Assembly: GCA_965219085.1 (NCBI GenBank)
Contig: OZ244720.1
Location: forward strand, 2,464,001 to 2,528,000
Direction of reading: 5' to 3'
From: Dehalococcoidia bacterium
GTDB lineage: Bacteria > Chloroflexota > Dehalococcoidia > UBA2979
Length of the DNA stretch: 64,000 nt
Within the stretch, counting starts at the first letter, position 1; every line of letters starts with the position of its first letter. The position numbers were made by a program, and so were the translations under genes. Shown piece by piece: positions 26,881 through 36,134 of this stretch. Under the pieces are notes generated by a model. The model was not told the origin of the DNA. It did no database searches and saw nothing but the letters and a program-made list of their open reading frames with translations.

Positions 26881-28577
26881 AGCGCGCCGCCGACCGCGGC
26901 CGGGCGTGACGGCTCGCGCGTGGAGCTGGAGCCGACGTGCCAGAGCGGCGCGAGCCCGCGCTCGTTGAAGTCGTACGCATCGTACGCGTAGCCGCCGACG
27001 GCGCTCGCGATGGCGATGCGCTCGACCGGCTCGGGGAGCGGGATCATGGCGGGGACGTCGTCGAGCAGCAACTGCTGTGCCGCGCGCGCTCCGCCGGCGC
27101 GTTGGCCCGGGTCGATGTTGCCGAGCGTGGCGCGCACGGCGTCGTCGTAGACGGGGTTGGAGTAGCCCCACGGCGAAACGCCGTTGAGCCCGCCCGACAT
27201 GTGGAGCCGGAGCCCGATGTCGGGCGACCGCACGGGCTCCAGTTCGAAGAGGATCGCCTGGAAGTTCCCCTGCTCGAGGTCGGTCTGGAGGCGGACGTGG
27301 TCGACGAGGTCCAGCACCGGGCTGAAGCCGGCCTCGCGCAACTGGCGTGCGACGAGCTGCGCGAGCCCGCGCAGCGGCTGCTTCAGTGGGGCTTCGAAGG
27401 TGAACGTGAGGTCTTCGTGGCCGGCTGCCTGCAGCAGCCGTGTCGCCTCGCGGGGGTCGTGCTGGAAGAGCTCGTGCGCGCCGAGCGTGGCCGGATCGAG
27501 CGCGTCGGCGCCGAAGGCGGGTCCGACCGGTCCCGCGGCGATCGATTCGTCGTAGGCGGCAAGCGTCTCGCGGTCGAGCGAGAGCGCAAGCGCGCGTCGT
27601 ACGCGATGGTCCTGGAAGGCGGGATGGAACCGGACGTCCCGCCCACCCTTGGCGCCGACCAGGGAGAGCCCAAGGCCGCGCGCACGACGCGAACTGCGAG
27701 CGAGCAGCCTCGCATCGGAGCGCTCGTTGGCGCGGGCCGCGCTATCCGGCGTGCCGAGCGCCAGGATGTCGAGGGCGCCACCGGCGAAGGCGGCGCCAAG
27801 CGTGCGTTCGCGCTCGGCGGTCGCCATCTGGATCGATCGGAGTAGCGGCAACCCGAGACGGTGGTAAGCGGCGTGGGGGCGGAGCGTGAGGCTGCCGTCC
27901 TCGTGGCGCTCGGGAATGAACGGGCCGCTCCCGAGGGGGATCCCCACCGTCGACGGCGCGTCCGCCCGGATGCCGGCTGCCTCGGCATCGCCGAGGTGCT
28001 CGAGCAGGAGCGCGAACGGCGCACGCAGCCGCAGTTGGAGCGTGGTTGGGTCGATGGCGATGGCGTCCTCGACCACCTGGGTGAAGAGGAACTCCGCGGC
28101 GCCGCCACGGATGCCGAAGTCGCGCGCGATCTCGTCGGCGTCGATTGGCTCCACCGTGCCCGTACTGCCGTTCGTGACCGCGGGGTGGAAGGCGGCGTGC
28201 CGGTTCAGCGTGCACGTGACTGTCAGCGGATCGGGCTGTTCGACGAGGTCGGCGAGGTCACCGTGGATGCGGGCGTCGCGGGGATCGACCGTGACGAGGG
28301 TCGAGTAGACGAGCGCCGGGGGCACCGCGGGCTCGCCCACCGCCCCGAGGCGGAGCAGGCCGTTCGCGGCGACGGACGGGATGGCCTGCACGGGCGCGAG
28401 GGGCAGTGTCGAGCCGGGGGGCGGCGTGGATGTCGTCTCGACCGCCTCGTCCGGCTCTTCGTCCTCGGGCGAGGTGCATGCGGCGATGAGCGCGGCGGCG
28501 AATGCCCCCAGGCCCAGGTGCAGCACGTCGCGGCGGCTGCGAGGCCGCCGCCAGGCGGGTGGTGCGTCAGACGCCAT
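26877..28577 (-). CDS. Family 5 ABC substrate-binding lipoprotein with Tat-like signal
   Basis: SRRDVL twin-Arg, lipobox IAAC, GSGPF, F.D.RVRRAL, YSNP.YD. Confidence 0.8.
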   Translation of the reverse strand: MASDAPPAWRRPRSRRDVLHLGLGAFAAALIAACTSPEDEEPDEAVETTSTPPPGSTLPLAPVQAIPSVAANGLLRLGAVGEPAVPPALVYSTLVTVDPRDARIHGDLADLVEQPDPLTVTCTLNRHAAFHPAVTNGSTGTVEPIDADEIARDFGIRGGAAEFLFTQVVEDAIAIDPTTLQLRLRAPFALLLEHLGDAEAAGIRADAPSTVGIPLGSGPFIPERHEDGSLTLRPHAAYHRLGLPLLRSIQMATAERERTLGAAFAGGALDILALGTPDSAARANERSDARLLARSSRRARGLGLSLVGAKGGRDVRFHPAFQDHRVRRALALSLDRETLAAYDESIAAGPVGPAFGADALDPATLGAHELFQHDPREATRLLQAAGHEDLTFTFEAPLKQPLRGLAQLVARQLREAGFSPVLDLVDHVRLQTDLEQGNFQAILFELEPVRSPDIGLRLHMSGGLNGVSPWGYSNPVYDDAVRATLGNIDPGQRAGGARAAQQLLLDDVPAMIPLPEPVERIAIASAVGGYAYDAYDFNERGLAPLWHVGSSSTREPSRPAAVGGAL

Positions 28578-28619
28578 GCGTTGAGCGTGCGCCGGGTGGG
28601 CCAGGCCGTGCGCGCGGGC

Positions 28620-28949
28620 CTACCAGATGCCGAGCTGCATCCGGACCTCTTCGGACGCCATGGTCTTGGGGTCCCACGGCGGGTCCCACACGAGGTTCAC
28701 CTCGACATCCTCGACGCCTTCGAGCTGCGTGAGCATGTGGTACGCCTGCCCCTGCAGCATCGGCCCGATCGGGCATGCGGGTGTCGTCAGCGTGAGGTCG
28801 ATGCTGACGAGTCCGTCACCGTCGATCTCGACGTGGTAGATGAGCCCGAGGTCGACGATGCTCATGCGCAACTCCGGGTCCTCGATGTCGCGCAGGACCT
28901 CGCGCAGCGTGTCGACGCTGGGGCGCTCAATGGCAGCCGCTTCAGTCAT
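28620..28949 (-). CDS. sufT: DUF59 Fe-S maturation protein (SufT/PaaD-like)
   Basis: DPEL..SIVDLGLIY, TLTTPACP, VWDPPW. Confidence 0.88.
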   Translation of the reverse strand: MTEAAAIERPSVDTLREVLRDIEDPELRMSIVDLGLIYHVEIDGDGLVSIDLTLTTPACPIGPMLQGQAYHMLTQLEGVEDVEVNLVWDPPWDPKTMASEEVRMQLGIW

Positions 28950-29424
28950 GTCCGGTGCTCCTCTCGTCCGTGGTGATGGGGTCGGCCTGATTATCGCTCG
29001 TGGTCAGTGCCTGCTCGAGCGTCTTCCAGGCGAGCGATGCACACTTTACCCGCACGGGGAACTTGCGCACCCCGGCCAGCGCCTCGATGTCGCCGAACGC
29101 CTCGTCGAGGGGCTCGCCGTCGACCATCATGCGCTGAAACGCCTCGACGCCGGCCAGGGCCTCCTCGGCGGGTCGTCCCTTCACATACCCGGTCATCATC
29201 GAACTCGACGCCTGCGAGATCGAGCAGCCCGAGCCCTCGAACGCCACATCGGCGACGTTGCCGTCGTCGTCGAGCGCGACGTCGAGCGTGATCTGGTCGC
29301 CGCAGAGCGGGTTCGCGCCGTCCGCGCTCGCCGTCGGCGCGTCGAGGCGGCCGCGGTTGCGCGGGCTGCGGTAGTGGTCGAGCAGGATCTCGCGATAGAG
29401 GTCGTCGAGCGCCGAGGTGGTCAT
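28942..29424 (-). CDS. sufU: SUF-system NifU-family protein
   Basis: LYREILLDHY, NPLCGD, GCSISQAS, RVKCA.LAW. Confidence 0.93.
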   Translation of the reverse strand: MTTSALDDLYREILLDHYRSPRNRGRLDAPTASADGANPLCGDQITLDVALDDDGNVADVAFEGSGCSISQASSSMMTGYVKGRPAEEALAGVEAFQRMMVDGEPLDEAFGDIEALAGVRKFPVRVKCASLAWKTLEQALTTSDNQADPITTDERSTGHD

Positions 29425-30713
29425 CGCTGGCCCGCCGTCGTGCTCGGGACGACGCCGAAGTAGCTCGCGGTCTCGCGCACCGCGGCCTCGAGGATGTCGA
29501 CCTCCTCGCGGGTGTTGTAGATGTAGAACGACGCGCGCGCCGTCGCGGGAATGCCGAGGCGCTGCATGACGGGCTGCGCGCAGTGGTGCCCGGCGCGGAT
29601 CGCCACACCGCGGCTGTCCAGCACCTGCCCCACGTCGTGGGGGTGCACGCCTTCGAGGCCGAACGAGACGACGCCGCCGCGGAGGGCAGCGTCGAGCGGG
29701 CCGTAGAGCGTCACGCCGGGCACGTCGACGAGCTTGCCGAGTGCGTAGTCGGTCAGCTCGCGCTCGTGGGCGCGCACGCGCTCCATGCCGAGGGCCTGCA
29801 GGTAGTCGATGGCGATGCCGAAGGCGACGACGCCGCCGACGTTGGGGGTGCCCGCCTCGAACTTGTGAGGGACCTCGTTCCATGTCGACTCGGTGAGCGA
29901 GACAGTGGCGATCATGTCGCCGCCGCCGAGGAAGGGCCGCATCGCTTCGAGCAGCTCACCGCGCGCCCAGAGCACGCCGACGCCCGTCGGGCCGAGCATC
30001 TTGTGGGCGGAGAACGCGAGGAAGTCCGCGCCCAACTCGCCGACATCGACCGGCAGGTGCGGCGCGGCCTGTGCGGCGTCGACGAGTACGCGCGCGCCTC
30101 GCGCGTGCGCCAGATCGGCCAGCTCACCGACGGGGACGATCGAGCCGAGCGCGTTCGACATCAGCGTGATCGCGAGCAGCCGCGTGCGCGGGTTGATGAC
30201 CTCGCGCGCGACATCGAGGTCGAGCGTGCCGTCGTCGCGCATCGGGATGTGGCGCAGCACGATGCCGCGCTCGTCGCGCAGCATCTGCCACGGGACGATG
30301 TTCGAGTGGTGCTCGATCTCGGTGATGACGACCTCGTCGCCGGGCTCGAGGAACGCCCGCGCCCAGGCGTGCGCGACGAGGTTGATCGACTCGGTCGTGT
30401 TGCGGGTGAAGACGATCTCGGACGCCGACGGGGCGCCGATGAAGCTGCGGACCTTCTCGCGCACCCCCTCGTACAGGTCGGTCGCCTCGACGGAGAGGGT
30501 GTGGACGCCGCGATGGATGTTGGCGTTGCTGTCGCGGTAGAAGCGCGTGATCTCCGCCATCACCTGCACGGGCTTTTGCGAAGTCGCGGCGTTGTCGAGG
30601 TACACAAGCGGGTGGCCGTTGACCTCGCGCTTGAGGATCGGGAAGTCGCGGCGGATGCGCTCGACGTCGAAGCCGTACGCGGAGCTGCCGACGCCGTCGA
30701 ACACGCTGGTCAC
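29421..30713 (-). CDS. sufS: Cysteine desulfurase
   Basis: YLDNAATSQKP, EHHSNIVPW, SAHKMLGPTG, EAGTP, RAGHHCA. Confidence 0.95.
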   Translation of the reverse strand: MTSVFDGVGSSAYGFDVERIRRDFPILKREVNGHPLVYLDNAATSQKPVQVMAEITRFYRDSNANIHRGVHTLSVEATDLYEGVREKVRSFIGAPSASEIVFTRNTTESINLVAHAWARAFLEPGDEVVITEIEHHSNIVPWQMLRDERGIVLRHIPMRDDGTLDLDVAREVINPRTRLLAITLMSNALGSIVPVGELADLAHARGARVLVDAAQAAPHLPVDVGELGADFLAFSAHKMLGPTGVGVLWARGELLEAMRPFLGGGDMIATVSLTESTWNEVPHKFEAGTPNVGGVVAFGIAIDYLQALGMERVRAHERELTDYALGKLVDVPGVTLYGPLDAALRGGVVSFGLEGVHPHDVGQVLDSRGVAIRAGHHCAQPVMQRLGIPATARASFYIYNTREEVDILEAAVRETASYFGVVPSTTAGQR

Positions 30714-31027
30714 GACGCCTCGCAATCGACGTACACGTCGTCGCCGTCGACGGTGACGGTGTAGGCGCTGACGCCGCGCACGGCGGGCAGGGTCAGCGCG
30801 CGGCCGGTGCGCGCGTCGAAGGCCGCGCCGTGGCGTGGGCAGATGATGCGGCCGCGGAGCAGCCGCCCCTCGCCGAGCGGGCCGTCGTCGTGGGTACACA
30901 CGTTGTCGATGGCGTACAGGTCGCCCTCGATGTTGCTCACCGCGAGCGAGCGGCCCTCGGCACACATCACCACGCGTATCTCGCCCTCGGGGATGTCGGA
31001 GACGGAGGCGACGCGCTCAGGCGGCAC
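30710..31027 (-). CDS. Rieske [2Fe-2S] ferredoxin
   Basis: CTH ... CPRH Rieske ligands. Confidence 0.92.
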   Translation of the reverse strand: MPPERVASVSDIPEGEIRVVMCAEGRSLAVSNIEGDLYAIDNVCTHDDGPLGEGRLLRGRIICPRHGAAFDARTGRALTLPAVRGVSAYTVTVDGDDVYVDCEAS

Positions 31028-31045
31028 GGGGGTTGGCCCTTCGGC

Positions 31046-32272
31046 TCACAGCTCGGCCAGCGCGAGCTTGGCGAAGACCGTCTCCTCGAGCTCCTCGGCG
31101 ACGCCCTCGAGGCGTACGTCGCGCAGCACCGTCTGGAAGAAGCCGCTCACGAGCAGCTGTAGCGAGGTGCGGCGGTCGAGCCCGCGGCTCTGGAGGTAGA
31201 ACAGCGCCTCCTCGTCCACTGGCCCCACGGTCGCGCCGTGGCCGCAGCGGATGACGTCGGCGGTCAGGATCTCGAGCACGGGGTCGGAGTCGGCCTTCGA
31301 GCGATCGGACAGCAGCAGGTTGCGGTTCTGCTGGTTGGCCTCCGCGCCCGCGGCGCCCTCGCCGACGCGCGTGATGCCGTAGTAGATCGAGCGCGACGCC
31401 CCGGCGAGCGCTGCCTTGATCTCGACGTCCGAGGTCGTGCGCGGGCCGGTGTGGTCCTGCAGGGTTACGAAGTCGAAGTGCTGGTCGCTGTCGCCGAGCG
31501 CGACGGCGCGGATCGCCGAGTTCGCTCCCTCGCCCTCGAGCGTGACCTCGATGGTCTGCTTGAGCACGCGCCCGCCGATGGCGAGCGAGGCGACCTGCAG
31601 GTCGGCGTCGCGGCCGAGGCGCGCACGGACGGTGGTGTAGTCCTGCGTGTCGGCGCCCCAGCGGTCGTCGAGCAGCAGCCGCACGCGCGCGGCCTGCGCA
31701 ACCTCGATCTCGATGGTGCCCGCGGCGAGCAGCGGCGCGTCGCCGGAGCGCATGCGCAGCACGACGGTTACCTCGGCCTGCTCGCCGGCGACGACGAGCA
31801 GGCGCGGGTAGACGGCGGTGTCGCCCTCGGGCACGTCGAGCTCGGCGACGATCGGCTCGGCGAAGACCGCGCGCGCCGGCGCATGCACCAGCACGCCATT
31901 GCCCCACAGCGCGGCGTTGGCCGCCTGGAACTTGCCCTCGGTGGCGGGTGTCAGCGAGCCGAGGCGGTCGCGCAGCAGTTCCTCGTGCGTATCGAGGGCG
32001 TCGGCGATGGCGCCCGCGTACGCGCCATCCGGCGCGGTCCCCGAGATGCGCATCTCCCCGGCGATCGGGGCGAAGGCGCCGAAGTCGAGCCCCGTGACGT
32101 TGGTGTAGCGCCACGGGCGCAGCGCGCGTGTGGGCAGCGGGGTGGCGTCGAAGGCGCGGGCCGCCTCGGCGCGGCGATCGCGCAGCCAGCCGGGCTCGCC
32201 GCGCCCATCGGCGGCGGCGAGGACGGCGGGCTCTGCGTAGTGGTCGGTAGTGGTCCGGGCGTCGGTCGTCAT
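31046..32272 (-). CDS. sufD: Fe-S assembly protein SufD
   Basis: WRYT, NRNLLLS, P.LEI, CGHGATVG, LFYLQSRG. Confidence 0.92.
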   Translation of the reverse strand: MTTDARTTTDHYAEPAVLAAADGRGEPGWLRDRRAEAARAFDATPLPTRALRPWRYTNVTGLDFGAFAPIAGEMRISGTAPDGAYAGAIADALDTHEELLRDRLGSLTPATEGKFQAANAALWGNGVLVHAPARAVFAEPIVAELDVPEGDTAVYPRLLVVAGEQAEVTVVLRMRSGDAPLLAAGTIEIEVAQAARVRLLLDDRWGADTQDYTTVRARLGRDADLQVASLAIGGRVLKQTIEVTLEGEGANSAIRAVALGDSDQHFDFVTLQDHTGPRTTSDVEIKAALAGASRSIYYGITRVGEGAAGAEANQQNRNLLLSDRSKADSDPVLEILTADVIRCGHGATVGPVDEEALFYLQSRGLDRRTSLQLLVSGFFQTVLRDVRLEGVAEELEETVFAKLALAEL

Positions 32273-32293
32273 AGCCGTCCAGTCGGGCCGGCG

Positions 32294-33712
32294 CTAGCCG
32301 ACCGAGCCTTCCATCTGCAGCTCGATCAGGCGGTTGAGCTCGATGGCGTACTCCATCGGCAGCTCCTTGACGATCGGCTCGACGAAGCCGTTGACGACCA
32401 TCTTGGAGGCTTCCTCCTCGGTCAGCCCGCGCGACATCAGGTAGAAGAGCTGGTCGTCGCCGAGCTTGGAGACCGAGGCCTCGTGGCCGATGTTCACGCG
32501 CTCCTCGTCCACCTCCATGGTCGGGTAGGTGTCGGAGCGCGAGTGCTCGTCGAGCAGCAGCGCGTCACAGCGCACCGTCGACGTGGAGCCCTCGGCGCCC
32601 TCCTCGACCTTGAGCAGGCCGCGGTAGGAGGTGCGGCCGCTGCCGCGCGAGACGGACTTGGAGACGATCGCCGACGAGGTGTTCGGGGCGACGTGGATGA
32701 CCTTGCCGCCCGCGTCCTGGTGCTGCCCGTCGCCCGCGAACGCCAGCGAGAGGATCTCGCCGTGCGCGCCTGGCTCCATCAGGTAGACCGAGGGGTACTT
32801 CATCGTGAGCTTCGAGCCGATGTTGCCGTCGACCCACTCCATGACTGCGTCCCGGTAGGCGACCGCGCGCTTCGTCACGAGGTTGTAGACGTTGTTCGAC
32901 CAGTTCTGGATCGTCGTGTAGCGGACGCGCGCGTCCTTCTTGACGATGATCTCGACCACGGCCGAGTGCAGCGAGTCCGTGCTGTAGATCGGCGCGGTAC
33001 AGCCCTCGACGTAGTGCACGTACGAGCCCTCGTCGGCGATGATCAGCGTCCGCTCGAACTGGCCCATGCTCTCGGTGTTGATGCGGAAGTAGGCCTGCAG
33101 CGGCACCTCGACGTGCACGCCCGGCGGCACGTAGATGAACGAGCCGCCGGACCAGACGGCGCTGTTCAGCGCCGCGAACCGGTTGTCGCCGGGCGGGATC
33201 ACGGTACCGAAGTGCTCGCGCACGAGGTCGCCGTACTCGGCCAGCCCCTGGTCCATGCCCAGGAAGACCACGCCCTGCTCGGTGAGGTCCTCGCGGAGGT
33301 TGTGGTAGACGACCTCGGAGTCGTACTGCGCGCCCGCGCCGGCCAGGAACTGGCGCTCGGCCTCGGGAATCCCGAGCTTGTCGAACGTGTCCTTGATGTA
33401 CTCGGGCACATCTTCCCAGTCGGTCGAGTCGCGGTCGGTCGCGCGCACGTAATAGGTGATGGCGTCGAAGTCGATGGCGGCGAGCAGCTCGGGGCTGCCG
33501 GCCCAGGTCGGGTCATCCTTCTCGTAGAAGGTGCGGAGGGCTTCGAGGCGGAACTCGCGCATCCACTCCGGCTCGTCCTTCAACTCCGAGATCTGGCGCA
33601 CCACGTCCTCGCTGAGGCCCTTGTCGGCGCGGAAGAGCGGGACCTCGTCGTCGTGGAATCCCCACTGGTAGTCGCCGACGGCTTCGCGGGCCTTGGGGTT
33701 CACGGTCGTCAT
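32294..33712 (-). CDS. sufB: Fe-S assembly protein SufB
   Basis: [45 protein letters not shown]. Confidence 0.97.
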   Translation of the reverse strand: MTTVNPKAREAVGDYQWGFHDDEVPLFRADKGLSEDVVRQISELKDEPEWMREFRLEALRTFYEKDDPTWAGSPELLAAIDFDAITYYVRATDRDSTDWEDVPEYIKDTFDKLGIPEAERQFLAGAGAQYDSEVVYHNLREDLTEQGVVFLGMDQGLAEYGDLVREHFGTVIPPGDNRFAALNSAVWSGGSFIYVPPGVHVEVPLQAYFRINTESMGQFERTLIIADEGSYVHYVEGCTAPIYSTDSLHSAVVEIIVKKDARVRYTTIQNWSNNVYNLVTKRAVAYRDAVMEWVDGNIGSKLTMKYPSVYLMEPGAHGEILSLAFAGDGQHQDAGGKVIHVAPNTSSAIVSKSVSRGSGRTSYRGLLKVEEGAEGSTSTVRCDALLLDEHSRSDTYPTMEVDEERVNIGHEASVSKLGDDQLFYLMSRGLTEEEASKMVVNGFVEPIVKELPMEYAIELNRLIELQMEGSVG

Positions 33713-33769
33713 CTTGTGCCTCGCTTCTTGCTCGGTTTGTTGCTGCGGACTGCGTAGCCCGCTGTGGCC

Positions 33770-34585
33770 CTAGAGGGCCGCGGCCCCGGCGGGTTCGTTG
33801 ATCGCTTGCAGGCTGAGTTCCTGCAAGATCGGGTCGTAGCCCTCGGACTCGATTTGATGCGCCAGCTCCGGGCCGCCGGAGCGGACGATGCGGCCGGTGA
33901 CCAGCACATGCACGAAGTCCGGGGTGATGTAGTTGAGGATGCGCTGGTAGTGGGTGATGAGCACGATGCCCATGTCGTCGGTGTGGAGCGCGTCCACGCC
34001 CTCGGCGACCGTGCGCAGTGCGTCGACGTCGAGGCCGGAGTCGGTCTCGTCGAGGATCGCGAGCTGCGGCTTGAGCATGCCGAGCTGGAGGATCTCGGCG
34101 CGCTTCTTCTCGCCGCCGGAGAAGCCGTCGTTGACGTAACGGCGGGCGAAGTCCTCGTCGATGCGGAGCGTGGTGAGCACCTCGCGCAGCTGCTGGAGGA
34201 ACTCGCGCGCCGAGGGCTCCTCGCCGCTGCGGGCCTTCATGGCCATGCGCAGCAGGTTCACCATCGTCACGCCGGGGATGGGGGTGGGGTACTGGAACGA
34301 CAGGAACATGCCCATGCGTGCGCGCTTGTCGGCGGAGAGCAGCGTCACGTTCTCGCCCTGGAAGTGCACCTCGCCGGAGTCGATCATGTACTGCGGGCTG
34401 CCGGCGATGGCGTTTGCCAGGGTGCTCTTGCCCGAGCCGTTCGGCCCCATCAGCGCGTGCACCTCGCCGGGCCGGACCTTGAGGTCGACGCCCTGGACGA
34501 TCTTGATCTCCCGGTCCGCGGTCACACTCACGTGGAGGTCGCGGACCTCCAGCAGCGGCTGACCGGGCTCGTTCATCTCGCTCAC
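33770..34585 (-). CDS. sufC: Fe-S assembly ATPase SufC
   Basis: MGPNGSGKST, FQYP, GFSGGEKKR, LDETDSGLDVDA, ITHYQR; start GTG 34585 or ATG 34576. Confidence 0.96.
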   Translation of the reverse strand: MSEMNEPGQPLLEVRDLHVSVTADREIKIVQGVDLKVRPGEVHALMGPNGSGKSTLANAIAGSPQYMIDSGEVHFQGENVTLLSADKRARMGMFLSFQYPTPIPGVTMVNLLRMAMKARSGEEPSAREFLQQLREVLTTLRIDEDFARRYVNDGFSGGEKKRAEILQLGMLKPQLAILDETDSGLDVDALRTVAEGVDALHTDDMGIVLITHYQRILNYITPDFVHVLVTGRIVRSGGPELAHQIESEGYDPILQELSLQAINEPAGAAAL

Positions 34586-35316
34586 AGCAACTCCACTCTT
34601 GCTTGTGCTTGTCCCGCTGGTTGCGGCCCCGGCATCCCAAACGCCGGTACCGATGTACCGCGCTCGGGGTCGCCGTCCACGGGCTTCTTCACGATGTACT
34701 CGCAGCAACTCGAGCCACCCGCGATGGTCGCGACCTGCTCGACCGGTGCGCCCACGAGCAACTCGATGCTGTACCGGTCCGCCTCGCAGGCGGCGCCGGT
34801 CTCGAGGGCGGTCGAGCGGCAGGGGCATCCGACGTTGCTGAGCCGGAAGGCGTCGCCTTCGTCGACGGCATCGTTGAGGACGCCGACCTCGCTCATGGCG
34901 GCGACGACCTCGGTGATGCGGTCCGGGAGGTCGTCGCTGCGGATGAACGGGGCATGCTCGCTTGCCACGCGCTCCGCGACGGACTCGAAGACGCGCCACA
35001 GGATCGCCGCGCCGGGCTGGCCCGCCACCTCGTCGGCGCCGAGGTCGGTGAGGGCGGGGTAGACGTGGTCCAGCAGGCGGGCGTAGTTGGCGGCCGATGA
35101 GCGCTCCTCGCCGGCCTCGCTCAGCGAGTAGACGGTGAGCGGGCGGCCGCGCGCGCGGCGCTCCTGGCGGGTCTCGATGAAATCGTCGGCGCCGAGGATG
35201 TCGAGGTGGCGCCGCACCGAGCCCTGGGACATGCGCATGGCCTCGGCGAGGCCGGCGACGGAGCTGTCACCGCGCTCGTGGAGGATGCGAATCAGTTCGT
35301 CGCGTGCTCGCTCCAT
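34582..35316 (-). CDS. sufR: SufR-like wHTH regulator
   Basis: VRRHLD.L, RGRP..VY.L, C-terminal CPC...C..D...CC ligands; first gene of suf operon. Confidence 0.8.
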   Translation of the reverse strand: MERARDELIRILHERGDSSVAGLAEAMRMSQGSVRRHLDILGADDFIETRQERRARGRPLTVYSLSEAGEERSSAANYARLLDHVYPALTDLGADEVAGQPGAAILWRVFESVAERVASEHAPFIRSDDLPDRITEVVAAMSEVGVLNDAVDEGDAFRLSNVGCPCRSTALETGAACEADRYSIELLVGAPVEQVATIAGGSSCCEYIVKKPVDGDPERGTSVPAFGMPGPQPAGQAQARVELL

Positions 35317-35454
35317 GCGCCCTTCAGTCTGCGTCGGGGACTCTCGTCTCGCATCGTGCGCGAGAGCGAGGGTCCGTCGGTGCGTTTCGGTTCGGCCACC
35401 CCGCCAGGGGACCGGTGACACGTCCTGCGCTGAGTGTGCGCGGTCCGTGCATCC

Positions 35455-35503
35455 ATTATCGCCGCCCGGCGGGCTGGGTCAATCTTTTTTCACATTTTTT
35501 TGT
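35455..35503 (-). promoter_or_regulatory. Sigma70-type suf promoter with A-tract UP-like element
   Basis: Minus strand TTGACC (35482-35477), 16-nt spacer, GATAAT (35460-35455); two A-tracts at 35485-35501, rare in this GC-rich DNA. Confidence 0.6.
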
Positions 35504-35659
35504 AATCAACGGTTAAATGCTGCGCAACCTGGGTCCGGCGATGGCGACAGGGCGGAGAGGCCGCCCCGGGCATCCCGCGTGGGCGCGATTCCCGCTATGC
35601 TCAACACACTTCGCGACGCGCGAGGAGCATACGCGCCCGCGGGCGCGGCAGGCGAGGGG

Positions 35660-36088
35660 ATGACGATGGCTGACGATGTCCAGGGTGTAAGCGTCGGGAC
35701 GACGGCGAGCTTCGAGAAGACCGTGACCGAGGAAGACATCGCGATGTTCACTCAGGTCTCGGGCGACACGAACCCGCTGCACCGCGACGCCGAGTATGCG
35801 GCGCGTACGCGCTTCCGGGCGCCGATCGCCCACGGCATCCTCGCCGCCGGCGTGATTTCGGCAGCGCTCGGCACGCAGCTGGCGCCGGACGCGGTCGTGA
35901 TCTACCTGGGGCAGAACCTCCAGTTCCGCGCCCCCGTCTCGGCCGGCGACACGCTGACGGCGAGCGTTGAGGCGACGGCCGTGAACACCGAGCGCAGCCA
36001 GGTCTCGCTCAACACGAACGTCACCAACCAGGACGGCACCGAGGTGATCCGCGGCGACGCGCTCGTCATGATCGACGCGCTGCGCTAG
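35660..36088 (+). CDS. MaoC/PhaJ-type (R)-enoyl-CoA hydratase
   Basis: SGDTNPLH, IAHG, IYLGQ.LQF.APV..GD. Confidence 0.88.
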   Translation: MTMADDVQGVSVGTTASFEKTVTEEDIAMFTQVSGDTNPLHRDAEYAARTRFRAPIAHGILAAGVISAALGTQLAPDAVVIYLGQNLQFRAPVSAGDTLTASVEATAVNTERSQVSLNTNVTNQDGTEVIRGDALVMIDALR

Positions 36089-36134
36089 CCTCGCGCATAT
36101 CAGAGCACAGCGTCAGGGTCCGAGGAGCAGAACG

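Noticed and set aside
35317-35450. Riboswitch in the suf leader
   Set aside because: No recognisable conserved aptamer motifs; SufR control is a sufficient explanation
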